A stretch of DNA of 63,363 bases, counting the filler, from Octopus bimaculoides (taxonomy: Eukaryota): the NCBI RefSeq assembly GCF_001194135.2. It is 7 parts of 6 records of this genome, joined end to end, with 100 filler letters (N's around TTAATTAATTAA, not from the genome) between each part and the next. Parts side by side here need not be neighbours in the genome. Positions count along the whole stretch, not along the records: positions 1 to 7,500 come from NC_068984.1; positions 7,601 to 29,046 come from NC_068981.1; 5 more parts are not named here. One strand, 5' to 3'. The translations under genes were made by a program, and so were the position numbers. Shown in pieces: positions 1-12,402 of the stretch (position 1 is the stretch's first letter; every line of letters begins with the position of its first letter). The notes under the pieces were generated by a model. That model saw only the letters and a program-made list of their open reading frames with translations. It searched no databases and was not told the DNA's origin.

Positions 1-1973
1 TATATATATATATATGGATGGATGGATATATATATATGTGTGTGTGTGTGTGGAGAGAGAGAGAGAGAGAGATGGCGGAGGGTGGGAAGAGATAGTGTGC
101 TTTCATCGTTTTATTCATTATCTTTCCACGGAGAACATCGTATTTGTAACTATTCCCACATTTCGAGACATTGTGTTTTCTTCCACGTGAATTGTTAGCA
201 AACCTATTGTTAACGAAATGCTTGGAGACAACAAATTGTATTTTTTTTTACTTGCTAAGAATATATAGACACACACCTTCATGTGCAAATATATTATTTT
301 CACCTCATTTGTGACAAAGGTAGTAGAAGTTGTCGTCTATTAAAATCTGTAAGTGATTCTCCTCTACATTCTACTACTTCATCAATATCCTAACAATATG
401 CCGCGAAGGGAGGCTGACGATGTTCGAGATTCAATATCTGAACTGCTTAGTTTGTTGCTTTGTTAACTGCTTGCCAAGCTTTTATTTTAAACAATTTAAA
501 ACACACACAAGCACACTGGCATATTTTTGTAAAAATGAACGACTTTTCTCGATGTAAACAAGGTTTAATTTTAATATTTCTGTGAGCTTCCTTTGCAGTA
601 TATCATTAACAATACAGTTCCTAAATCTATCATCGATCAATGTTTCTAGACCTTCATAGGCTCATCTCAAGGAACAATTAATGTTGCCACTTGTTGTAAG
701 GCTCTTTATTACACGACACAAGAAAATGTGTAGTAGATATCAAATATCAAATAAACAGAATTCTCTTTAAAAATAGACAATTAATGATGGGAACAGTAAT
801 CTCAATATAACACAATGACTAAAAATTGCACACATAGCACTTTTAGTCACAAACAAAAGTAAATACATGACTGCTGAAATATAGACCTAACAGTCACAAT
901 TTAAATTGTGAAGGTAATGACTACATATCTCATATAGGCCACGCCTGCTATAAAATGACAGCAGCACACACCAACATCTCTTCATCCAGAAGATGAGTCT
1001 ATGAAGGTTAGGAACGTTGCTGGTGAATTTGAGAGCTTTACTATTTCAAACAAACTGCAAATTAATATACTCATGAAAAATATGTCAAAATTCCTTAAGG
1101 ATGAATAAAATTAGAAGACAGTCGTCTTTTCAATATGCGTTCCACACACACTAATGTCCATGTATGTATGTGTATATGTATGCACATACAAAGCTACGTG
1201 CTAAACACACAAACATGGCAAATTTAATTATTTCTCCGTAAATTTGAAAAGATTACTAACAGCCTTAATCAATTATTGAGCCTTATTGGGTTCCCATCAG
1301 ATGCGTCTACGTACTATACAACAGAAATTCATGATATTTAAAAATAACTTCCCACTGTGGAGGTTGTGTCACGATTACCAAATAGCAATTGCAAACAGCT
1401 ATGAGAAAGGGCATGATATCAAGAATAAAAAACTTTCCAAATTTGTTATGCCATTAAAGAAAAGAAAACATTTATTGTCAAGAGATAAAAATAGAGTCGT
1501 GGACACACGCTTCTGCCTCAACAGGTATCATCAGTAATACAATTGTTCTAACTTATCTCCAGTAGCCAGGACATATAAAAATGAGTAGAACATATTTATG
1601 GTTCAGATAATTTAGTAATTAGAATATATTAAACGGAAATGAGCTTTGACAAATAACTCTGAGTAGCTTAGTGCCTGTATATGAACAACGCAGACAATTA
1701 CTGGTATATCAAATATCATACGACATAAATTCTTGATTTAGCAAACGTGAGTTATTTCTCTTGGCTCGTTTCTTAATTATATNNNNNNNNNNNNNNNNNN
1801 NNNNNNNNNNNNNNNNNNNNNNNNNNNNNNNNNNNNNNNNNNNNNNNNNNNNNNNNNATATATACATATATATGGTCGCAGTCTAATGACTGAAACAAGT
1901 AAAAAATAAAGAGTAAAAGATGTGTGTTTATGTGTGTGTATATAGAATATATATATAAAATCATATATAAGCC

Positions 1974-2009
<36 letters not shown>

Positions 2010-3192
2010 CGCGTATAATCTTTTCTCTTTTTTTTCAGTCATTTCACTGCAGCCATAGTGCAGCACCGCCTTGGAAGATTGTAGTCGAACGAATCGACCT
2101 CAGTATTTGTTTTTTAAAGTCTAGAACTAATTTTGGTGAATCGCTAGTTTACGGAGACGTTAAGAAACCAACACCGGTTTTCAAACATATATATTTATAT
2201 ATATCCTTCATATACGTAGTACATACACATATTTTAAGATTACATGTACGTTTGTATGTATGTATGTATGTATATATCTATACACACACACGTATACACA
2301 CACACATATAGATAGATAGATAGATAGATACATACATACATACATACATACATACATACCTACATACATACACACATACATATATGGACACATATATAAA
2401 TGAATAACTTTTGTGTGAGTCTAATGATTATGTAAGAAGACAATAATTCAAGCCATATGCTTCACGGGCTGTAGCACTACACACGGCTTTAGTACAAGCA
2501 GTGCTTAGATGAATAACAGTCTATTTGACCTAAAGATATGTGAAATAATCACATTTGGAACGTATAACATTTAAATGGCTCCGAAAATATTTAGCTTGTT
2601 ACCATCACAATCAATGTTGTTATTTCGTGTTAGCTTGAAAACATTTGTTGACAAGTGAAAGGCTATAGTTCTGTTATTCTGTATTTACGGTTTTTAATCA
2701 GGCATTGATTCGACTTCTGGCATAAAGCTTGTTGTAACTCATGCTGTACAGTTACCATCATGGGATTGACAAATTTCAGTAAAGCTTGACTCCCAAATAG
2801 TAGGATTATCTGAATTATGTTCGAAGCATAATTAAATGCTATAATCGGAAAGAGACATGTATAATTCCTAAACAACGTGGTGTTTAATTATTTTTTGCAT
2901 TACTTTGTATGAATTAGTTGTGTGTGTATATTTCTACATATATGTGACTGTTTGTGTGTTTGCCTGTGTGTGTGTGCGTGTCTGTGTGTTTGTGAGTGTA
3001 TAGGTTTAAATATGTATGTGTATGTGAGTGTGTTCGTGTTTGCGTGCGAGTGTGTGTGTACGTGCGTGTGTGTTTGTATGAGTATATAAGTGTATTTATA
3101 TATATGTGTGTGTGTGTGTGCGTTTGTAAGTTTGTAGGTTTATATGTGTGTATGTGAGTGTGTGTGCGTTTGCGTACGTGTGAGTGTGTGTG

Positions 3193-3307
<115 letters not shown>

Positions 3308-4200
3308 ATACATATGCTTTAGATTATGTTACAAAAGTTTTGAATCACTTGCGATAAACAGAGAAGCGTGGAGAGCTAGGATTTAGGGCGCTGTTAAAAT
3401 TTTTGAGCTTGACAGAGTCAAACTCGCTATATATGTGATCAGCTCATCAAACAACTTTCAGGGTTCAAAAGTCAGTTAAGATCTCACGTTAGAAAAGAAC
3501 AATTATAATTACTAGATAAGCCCAAGAACTGCGATTAGCAGCCACCATATACATATATAAATATATATTATATATTATGTATACATACATATGTACACCA
3601 CACAGACACACGCGCACGCACGCACACTAGCACACACATCTTATAGAGAAAAACAAACAAGGACAGATAGCTAGCTAGCTAGATAGATAGATAGATGACA
3701 ATTGTCATAAACCAATCGATTTAACAAACCGCGAGCTATAGCTCAAATTCCCTGCTTCCGGTCATTCACTTTGTTTTTACTTTTTTTTACAATATTTCAT
3801 TTCTTCCTCTTGCGTTATTTTTATCTTTATTTTATTTTATTTTATTTATTTAGTTTTGTTCTGTGTTCAATCGATTTCTCACGGGGTTACAGTTTACATT
3901 CCAATACCTTTGATAAAGTTAATAGCACTGGTGAACTAGAATCGATTTTATCGATTCTATAGATGCAACTCTTCACATTTCCTTCAAACTTACAAATTAT
4001 CATTGTGTAACGTTCTCGTTGTAGTTTATTCCTTCATTACAATTTACATAATTTGAAAAAAAGAAATTAATGTAACTCAGTTAAGTAGACAAAAATTAAA
4101 GCAAAAGAAATATTCATAAAACGCGAAAATAATTTATCACAATTTAAGTTTATTCCATCGTTGAAATAAAATTTATTAAACAACTTTTGAAATAATTATC

Positions 4201-4232
<32 letters not shown>

Positions 4233-4475
4233 NNNNNNNNNNNNNNNNNNNNNNNNNNNNNNNNNNNNNNNNNNNNNNNNNNNNNNNNNNNNNNNNNNNN
4301 NNNNNNNNNNNNNNNNNNNNNNNNNNNNNNNNNNNNTAGTAATCGATATTTTTAGGTAGAGATGAATGTGTTTAATTCAGAACACTAAGAAAAAAAATTA
4401 ATTACAAATAACGTAGTTAGGGTAGAAGAGCGTTAATTCAATGACTAATTCTATTTTAATTATTTCAACAACTAA

Positions 4476-4690
4476 GGTGGCGTGCTGGCAGAAACGTTAG
4501 CACTCCGGGCGAAATGCTTAGCGGTATTTCGACTGTCTTTACGTTCTGAGTTCAAATTCGCCGAGGTCGACGTTGCCTTTCATCCTTTTGGGGGTCGATA
4601 AATTAAGTACCAGTTGCGTACTGGAGTCGATCTAATCGACTGGCCCCCTCCCCCAAAATTTCGGGCCTTGTGCCTGGAGTAGAAAAGAAT
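4476..4690 (+). mobile_element. tRNA-headed SINE, type 1, tail variant A
   Basis: Head GGTGGCGTGCTGGCAGAAACGTTAGC...GAGTTCAAATTC (A/B-box-like), body TCGAC-TTGCCTTTCATCCTTT-GGGGTCGATAAATTAAGTACCAGT, tail GGCCCCCTCCCCCAAAATTTCGGGCCTTGTGCC. Direct repeat AATTATTTCAAC at 4458-4469 and 4688-4699 is a probable TSD. Many related copies occur in the window. Confidence 0.9.
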
Positions 4691-4807
4691 TATTTCAACT
4701 ACGAAAAACAACCCCGTACAAGTTTCGGTTGCATTAGACTAAACTGGAAACCATAGATCTCATCGCACTTGCCGAAAATTGTGATAATGAGCGTTTATCT
4801 TCGAGAT

Positions 4808-5141
4808 CAGTCATTCTCAAACAGGCTCCATAAAATCCCTAGGGGTCCACATAAGATTTGGGGTGGACCCCTAGGGATTTTATGCAAACAAAATAGTAAT
4901 ATTTTAAGAAGCCATGAAAAACTTCTGCTTTAGATTTATTTATTGCAAGAAACAACTAGGTTCCATTCTCTGACGTTCCACATAGTTCAACCTATACATG
5001 TTAAAGAGCGAAAAATAAATTTTGAATTTTGAAAGAAGTATCTTTAAAATTAGCTTTTAAGCATTGAATGGCTACGTGGGTCCACCAGAATAAAATAGTA
5101 ACCAGAGGGGTCCGTATATGAAAATTGGTTGAAAACCACTG
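4808..5141. mobile_element. Non-autonomous hAT (Charlie-like) MITE
   Basis: Imperfect TIRs CAGTCATTCTCAAAC / GGTTGAAAACCACTG. 8-bp flanks TTCGAGAT (4800-4807) and TTCTAGAT (5142-5149) match at 7 of 8 and fit the Charlie NTCTAGAN target. No ORF. Confidence 0.8.
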
Positions 5142-6153
5142 TTCTAGATACTGTATCTGTGACAAGATTATACAATGAACCCTTCTTTTAGAAGACTTTG
5201 TAATGTGTTATTTGATGGATACTTGGTTGCTATTTCTAGTATGCCGTTCGACCGCATATACACACCTTCTTTGCTTTGACTTTGCTCATGCTGATTGGGA
5301 AACAAAGACATTTTATTTGGTTTTCTATTTGTTCATCTTCTGTAAAAAGAGAGACCTTAATGCTCCTATGATGCATGAGGTAATGTGCATGAAGTGTCCC
5401 TTCCCGGTACGGTTTCGATTCCGAGTTTAAATGCCTTTGAAGAACACTTCATTACAGAATCTCTAAAGAAGATTGCAATATTGCAACCCGTTTGAGTGTG
5501 GAAAATTATTACTGGTGGTGCAAAGAGAAATTGAAGTAAATGATTTTTGCTGAAAAAATAGAAAAGAAACAGAAAAACAAATACAAAACAGTAACAAAAA
5601 AACATTAAATAAACTTCTCGTATTTCTTATTGTAAAGATAATGACACCATATTTTGAAACGGATATCACGATTTAAAGAACGGAAATTCAAATTTTAGAG
5701 AGGCAATATTTTTTTTCACTTTCCCGTCTCTCCTACACACTTTTGCTCATATTTATGAATATTAATGTTTGTATCTATCTATCCATCTATATCTACATAC
5801 GTGTGAGTGTGCATGTGTATGCATGTGTGCGTGCGTGTGTGTGAGCGTGTGTGCGTGTGTATGTGGGTATATGTACTTGTATGTATATGTGTGTCTCACA
5901 CGTGTGCATGTATGTATGTTTTTATGTATGTATGTATGTATGTATGTATGTGTATATGTGTGTGTGTGTGCATATATATATATATCACACGAGCGCAGAC
6001 ATATATTCATGTATTTACATGTATAGATGCATACACATATGTATACATACACACATGCATACAAACGTATATAAGCGTATATTTAAAATATACATTTATG
6101 AATGTATGTATGTGTGTATGCGTATATCTATCTATCTATCTATCTATCAATCT

Positions 6154-6240
<87 letters not shown>

Positions 6241-7029
6241 TAATTATAAACTTATCCTCTCTGTATTTATTTCCCAACTACATACGAGTGCATATGTCTG
6301 TGTGTGAGCGCGCATTTTTAAAGAAATGAATCATCAAAACCAGACAAGGCAGCAACTTCATAATTACAGGAAATAGCTGGAGGCAAAATTCGGAAACAAA
6401 CTTTATTCATTTAAATGAAAAGAAAGGGGAAAATATGACAAAAAGAAACTCTAGACCCCCATCGAACAACAGATCAATACAAAAATACATTATTAACAAT
6501 ATAAATATTAATTTTTTTTTTCTTTTCTGTTCGTAACTAATTATTTCTAGTGAAAATTACAATTATTCAAACTTCTGCATAAAAACCTCCTGCTTTTGTA
6601 ATGAAATTACAAATATTTTCCTGAAGTTTGAAACTTAATTTATTCATTAATAAAAGACCTTCTACGTTTAATTTCAGTTTTATTTGTGATGGTTAGAAAA
6701 GTGTTTCTGGTTCTGAATGTTTATATTAGAAAACACTGGTTTTGTTCAATGACCAAGGGCTGACCAATAGCCGACCAAGAGCTAAAAAGTAACGAATAGA
6801 GTTTGTTACGAGTCAACGAGGAAAACATCTTGGTAGTTGCTTCAGTTGCTAGAAATAGTAACCAAATCCCTTCTCCACAACTAAGACCTGAATTCATTGG
6901 ATGATGTTGTCATGGATAAATTGTCTAGAAATGAGATAATTTGATCACAGCTGGAGCGATTCCCTCCTATATCTGCTTCACCAGATGTGGTCTGAGACAA
7001 TGAACAACAGCAACAGCAACAACTATAAT

Positions 7030-7064
<35 letters not shown>

Positions 7065-7500
7065 AAACATTGATTGGATTGCACCATTAGAGCGCTAGAT
7101 CGTAAGAAATTATAAGCAGTATCAGTGTTAAGCAGTGTTTAAGCATAAAGGAACTTTAGGTTAGTTAAAATATGTTTACGACATATTTCAACTGCCAAAG
7201 GCAAATTTATTGCAGTTACCATGGAGAAAGAATTCTCTCATACGCTTAAAATGCGTAAGTCTGTTCAAAGTTGCCTCTCTTCGGTATTTCGCATTGATAA
7301 CAGCTAAATAGTTAGAAACATCGATGTCTGAGAATCCGATAGGAAGCAGCATTGGATAGGCAAGGTGTTTTTACACCTTTTTTCTATAAGAGAGACATTT
7401 TCTCCGCAATAACTACAGTGAATTTGCCTTTAGCAACTGAAATTTGTCACAAATATATTTCAACTATATGTATGCATATATATATATATATATATATATA

Positions 7501-7600
7501 NNNNNNNNNNNNNNNNNNNNNNNNNNNNNNNNNNNNNNNNNNNNTTAATTAATTAANNNNNNNNNNNNNNNNNNNNNNNNNNNNNNNNNNNNNNNNNNNN
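7501..7600. other. Assembly gap linker N44-TTAATTAATTAA-N44 (100 bp)
   Basis: The identical structure occurs at 7501, 29047, 31924, 41783, 46420 and 61995. The 12-mer places stop codons in all six frames. Confidence 0.95.
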
Positions 7601-8179
7601 TATATATATATATATATATGATTAATCGTTGACCAAACACCATTCAATTTTTTTCCTCCGTGTTTTTCTCCTTGTTTTCACCGTATTCTTTCTGTTAAAG
7701 AGCGTAGCTCGAAACGTTAAAGACTTTCTGTATTCCCGAGCGTCAAACTAATACATCTTTTGTTGTTTACACCATCTGTCCTCGTCTGTTGTTGTTTTTT
7801 TTCGTACATTCTCCCATATATACACACATACGTGCATACACACTATTGGAGCATCGACCAGAATCTGTTACGGTTTTTGTTTTTCCTCTGGTTCTCAATT
7901 CTGTGGGTTCAAATCCCACCGAGGTCATATTTGATCTCCTTCTTTCGGTATTAATACGCTATCACTGCTGTTGAAACTCCCCTCCCCCTCTCTCCCTCCG
8001 CTCTCCCTCCGCTCTCCCTCTGCTCTCCCTCCGCTCTCCACCTCATTCAGGACTACCTTAAGATCAAGGAAGGAAGTGTGCCTGTATTGCGCGCGACACT
8101 GTACGCACCTAAAACCAAGACGAAAGAATGATACATGCTGATGAAAAGTCATTCTTTGTGATTGATGGCAAACATACAC

Positions 8180-8214
<35 letters not shown>

Positions 8215-8243
8215 CACGCACGAACGCACATACACGCACTCGC

Positions 8244-9268
8244 GGATCTATTCCATCTCAATCAGATTTTTTAATTAATTTTTTTAAATAAACAGTTTGA
8301 AACTTCGAATACTCGTATAATTTCTCACATAGAACACGGTTTACTCTGAACGTTTTTGACAAAATTTCGTAGTTTAGAAGTTATTTCGTGTTAAAGTTGT
8401 CATATTTGGGTAATTTCAACCAATCAACGACGTGTATTCGGTTGAAGAAAGCTATTGCTGTTTACGATAATAATCGAAGAGGAACAGCTTCAGGGTCATC
8501 TCTACTAAATGTCACCACTCTGTTCGAAGAATCAACACCAAGAAGGAAGAAATATTATTTATATATATTTATTCGTTTGCCCGACATCTGTGTTTCATTC
8601 ACACATAAAGACCTATAGAGCAACAAGTCCGCAACTAGCTTTTTGTTGTTGACGTATATGTAGTTTCAAAATGCTTTATCTTACAACTATGAGATGTATT
8701 GTTATTGTCATGATTTTATCTTATTATAATCAACAGCAAACACATTTCGTCAATATAAAATTTTTTATTAGATAAAAAATAACACTATCAAAACATGAAG
8801 ATATAACAAAACAAATAGCGGCATATGCACCGGAAAATATGATAATTGTAGTGGCAGTGACAAGTTCGCTCGCTGGTTGCTAGTTGATAGTGTAGAAAGG
8901 AGGGAAAGGGTAAGGAATGCACGGTGCTGACTAGAAAGGAAGAAAGGATAAAGGTGTCATCATCTTCCCTCGACATACGAATAGAACAGAGAGGTGACAT
9001 TTAGTAGAGATGACCCGGAAGTTGTTCCTCTTCGATTACTATTGCAAACAGCAGTAGCTTTCTTCAATTAATACGCGTCGTTGATTGGTTGAAATTACCC
9101 AAATACGACAAGTTTAACAGGAAATAACTTCCAAGATATGAAATTTTAGCAAAAATGTTCAGAGTAAACCATGTTCTACGTGAGAAATTCTACGAGTATT
9201 CGAAGTTTCAAACAGTTTAGTTAAAAAAAAATTAATTAAAAAATCTGTGATTCAGATGGAGTAGATCC
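8244..9268. mobile_element. Foldback/MITE-like element with about 280-bp terminal inverted repeats
   Basis: 8244-8525 is the reverse complement of 8984-9268 with scattered mismatches. Termini GGATCTATTCCATCT / AGATGGAGTAGATCC. Non-coding core. No TSD found; both flanks are CA-type repeats. Confidence 0.85.
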
Positions 9269-9277
9269 AAAAACACA

Positions 9278-9328
<51 letters not shown>

Positions 9329-9344
9329 AGCATACCAAAAGAAA

Positions 9345-10130
9345 AGAAGAGGACCATACATGACTATGTTTCCCGAAGACTTAATAAAGACAGTAGTATC
9401 GACATGAAGTGCAGCCGCTATTATACTCGTGACCGCTACATCACAACACACTTCGAAAGCTATGCATTTGCAATCCAAGAATAGGAGATTGCTTTGAAGT
9501 ATCTAATAAACAAAAGAGACGGTAAAGCGGAAAGGCACTTGGAGTCCCATGATGTAACCGAAAATGTCGATTATGTCACATTTCCATGGAAAATATTCAC
9601 ACGTGATCAGAAGCTGCCTAAAAATGTTATGAATTTATTACCTCCCAATGCAACTTGAGTTGTTGCTAAAACAATATACAATGCCATCCAAATAAAAGAC
9701 TACCCTGGAATAAATATAGAGAATCTACCTGTTATTGAATACACACATAGTACAAGATATATTGACGGAACATTCCCATTATAACTTTGACCAAGTACAA
9801 ACATAACAGGCCGAATGAAATTGTTTGGAACAGACAACAAAAAAAGTATGTACCGTCATAGAAGTCAGCTGTCCTGGTGATATGAATATCTCTTCGAAAA
9901 TCAAGGAGAAAGAGAATAACAACGGACAATTACTTTGAAACCTTCAGCTTTTGTAGCAGCTTATAAATTCACGTTTATACTAATAAATAATTGCTGACTT
10001 GATTTTGTGAGTAAACGCCCTAAGTGAGAATGTGGAAAAGCTAGGGTTTTCAAAATGAACAAGTCAACTAGCTAACAAGTACATTGCAAATACACGCTGT
10101 AAGCGGATTGTAAGCAGAACATAAAATTAT
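9345..10130 (+). mobile_element. Decayed 3' end of an RLE-type non-LTR retrotransposon (R4/NeSL-like group)
   Basis: Frameshifted translation KYKHNRPNEIVWNRQQ / VCTVIEVSCPGDMNISSKIKEKENNNGQLL*NLQLL resembles the PD-(D/E)xK restriction-like endonuclease region. Homologous to 24770-25030 and 25830-26700. Confidence 0.7.
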
Positions 10131-10349
10131 GTAAGGCTTTTCTGAAATTCAAAACGTGACATTGCTTTACTAGATTCCATTGGTGAAGCTTTGTATCTTT
10201 ATTAGAAACCAGCTCTCTTCCTCACAGGAATACTTCAAATAATTAAAAACAGAAGGAAACTCGTGAAGGCTGCAACTCAATTTTAAACAAAATCCTCCCT
10301 CGATTATTTTCTTAAACATGAACAGCACAGAACACAGATTTGTTTTTTC

Positions 10350-10419
10350 AGCGACTTACACTCTTTAGCGACTTACACTCTTTAGCGACTTACACTTTTC
10401 AGCGACTTACACTCTTTAG
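10350..10419. repeat. 17-bp tandem repeat x4
   Basis: Unit AGCGACTTACACTCTTT, no spacers. Confidence 0.95.
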
Positions 10420-10522
10420 ACTGTGACAATAATGGACGCCTCCTGTTGCAGGTGTTCAGATACTTAACACCACCGACGTTGGTACATGCTTTCAATCCAT
10501 CATGAGGATCGTTAAAGCATCG

Positions 10523-10584
10523 GACAAATAATCCTTTCGACAAATAATCCTTTCGACAAATAATCCTTTCGACAAATAATCCTT
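10523..10584. repeat. 16-bp tandem repeat, about 4 copies
   Basis: Unit GACAAATAATCCTTTC, no spacers. Confidence 0.95.
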
Positions 10585-11553
10585 GTCTCTTTAAATTTTA
10601 TATTTCAATTTTTCTGCGACCAACTTTGCATTTTATCTTTTCAGGATCGATAAAATAAGGTACCAGTCAACTACTGGAGTCAACCCGTCCTCCACAAAAT
10701 TTCAGGCCTTTCGTCTATACTGAGGTCAAATTTTGGTACAAGGCTAGCAATTTTGGAGGAAGGGGCTAGTCGATTACATCAACCTCAGTGCTCAACTGGT
10801 ACTTATTTAATCGACCCAGAAAGGATGAAAGGCAAAGTCGACCGTGACGGAATTTGAACTTAGAATGTGAAGAAGGATGAAATGCTGCTAAACATTTTGT
10901 CCGGCGTGCTAACGATTCTACCAGCTCGCCGTTTTACCTTTCGTCAATATTAGAAGTAATATTTATGAGGGCAGAGGATTGGCAAAATCGATACAGCGTT
11001 GTAAAATCTGCAGTATTTGTACCGCGTTCTGAGCTCAAATCCCATCGTGGTCAACTACGTCTTTCATCTGTCCAGGTTTACTCTTTTACTTGTTTCAGNN
11101 NNNNNNNNNNNNNNNNNNNNNNNNNNNNNNNNNNNNNNNNNNNNNNNNNNNNNNNNNNNNNNNNNNNNNNNNNNNNNNNNNNNNNNNNNNNNNNNNNNNN
11201 NNNNNNNNNNNNNNNNNNNNNNNNNNNNNNNNNNNNNNNNNNNNNNNNNNNNNNNNNNNNNNNNNNNNNNNNNNNNNNNNNNNNNNNNNNNNNNNNNNNN
11301 NNNNNNNNNNNNNNNNNNNNNNNNNNNNNNNNNNNNNNNNNNNNNNNNNNNNNNNNNNNNNNNNNNNNNNNNNNNNNNNNNNNNNNNNNNNNNNNNNNNN
11401 NNNNNNNNNNNNNNNNNNNNNNNNNNNNNNNNNNNNNNNNNNNNNNNNNNNNNNNNNNNNNNNNNNNNNNNNNNNNNNNNNNNNNNNNNNNNNNNNNNNN
11501 NNNNNNNNNNNNNNNNNNNNNNNNNNNNNNNNATATATATATATATATATATA

Positions 11554-11715
11554 TACGACGGGCTTCTTTCAGTTTCCGTCTACCAAATCCACTCACAAGG
11601 CTTTGGTCAGCCTGAGGCAAAGTAGAAGACACTTGCCCAAGGTGTCACACAGTGGGACTGAACCCGGAACCATGTGGTTGGTAAGCAAGGCATTTACCAC
11701 ACAGCTACTCCTGCG
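11554..11715 (-). mobile_element. tRNA-headed SINE, type 2, 5' part
   Basis: Reverse complement of GTGGTAAATGCCTTGCTTACCAACCACATGGTTCCGGGTTCAGTCCCACTG...GACGGAAACTGAAAGAAGCCCGTCG. The rest lies in or beyond the gap. Confidence 0.85.
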
Positions 11716-12183
11716 ACTATCAGTCAAGTACTGGAGTTGGTATTATCGACTAACCTCCTTCCCCTCAAAACTTCTTGTCTAATGCCTAAATCAGAAACAA
11801 TTGTTGCTATTGTGAGTGAAGATCACATTTAATTACACGCTACACACAATATTGGTTTCTTACATAAGCAGAGATCAGTAAATTTATTGAAGGCGGTGTA
11901 TGTTTGTGGCGATATTAGTGATGCCGGTGGTGTTAACGAAAATCCGAAAGGCAAGGATGATTGCGATGATGTTGATCTTGCTAGTTGAATTGGAGTACAC
12001 TATTTTGTATCTTTAGACACCAGTATCTCAGTATTGGTTATTCTATTGATCCCCAGATAGATTAATTTTGGCATATGGTTCTTCTAGAGTTACAGAGCGA
12101 GAGAGTCTCTTTGAATTTGCCTGGCATCCTAGAAATAGCAAGCAATCTACCTCAGTCTAAAATCTTCTATCTTAAAACAAAGA

Positions 12184-12337
12184 CATTATTTACATTTGAC
12201 GGATATTTGTCCTAATCTTGTTTGTTGTTAACACAACGTTTCGGCTGATATACCCTCCAGCCTTCATCAGGTGTCTTGGGGAAATTTCGAACCTGGGTTC
12301 TTATTCCTAAAGTACTTTTCGATGTTGTTGTTATTAC

Positions 12338-12402
<65 letters not shown>

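Noticed and set aside
2663-2875. Hydrophobic minus-strand exon (NYTCLFPIIAFNYASNIIQIILLFGSQALL) joined to a short terminal exon near 1390
   Set aside because: No recognisable homology and only moderate splice sites. Hydrophobic runs are expected from T-rich DNA.
7545-7556. TTAATTAATTAA repeated six times as a possible biological motif
   Set aside because: It is always centred in exactly 44 N on each side, so it is an artificial six-frame-stop scaffold linker. Adjacency across these gaps is also unverified.
10350-10584. 16-17 bp direct repeats as a CRISPR array (also 45688-45776 and 54740-54827)
   Set aside because: The units are contiguous with no spacers, there are no cas genes and the context is eukaryotic.
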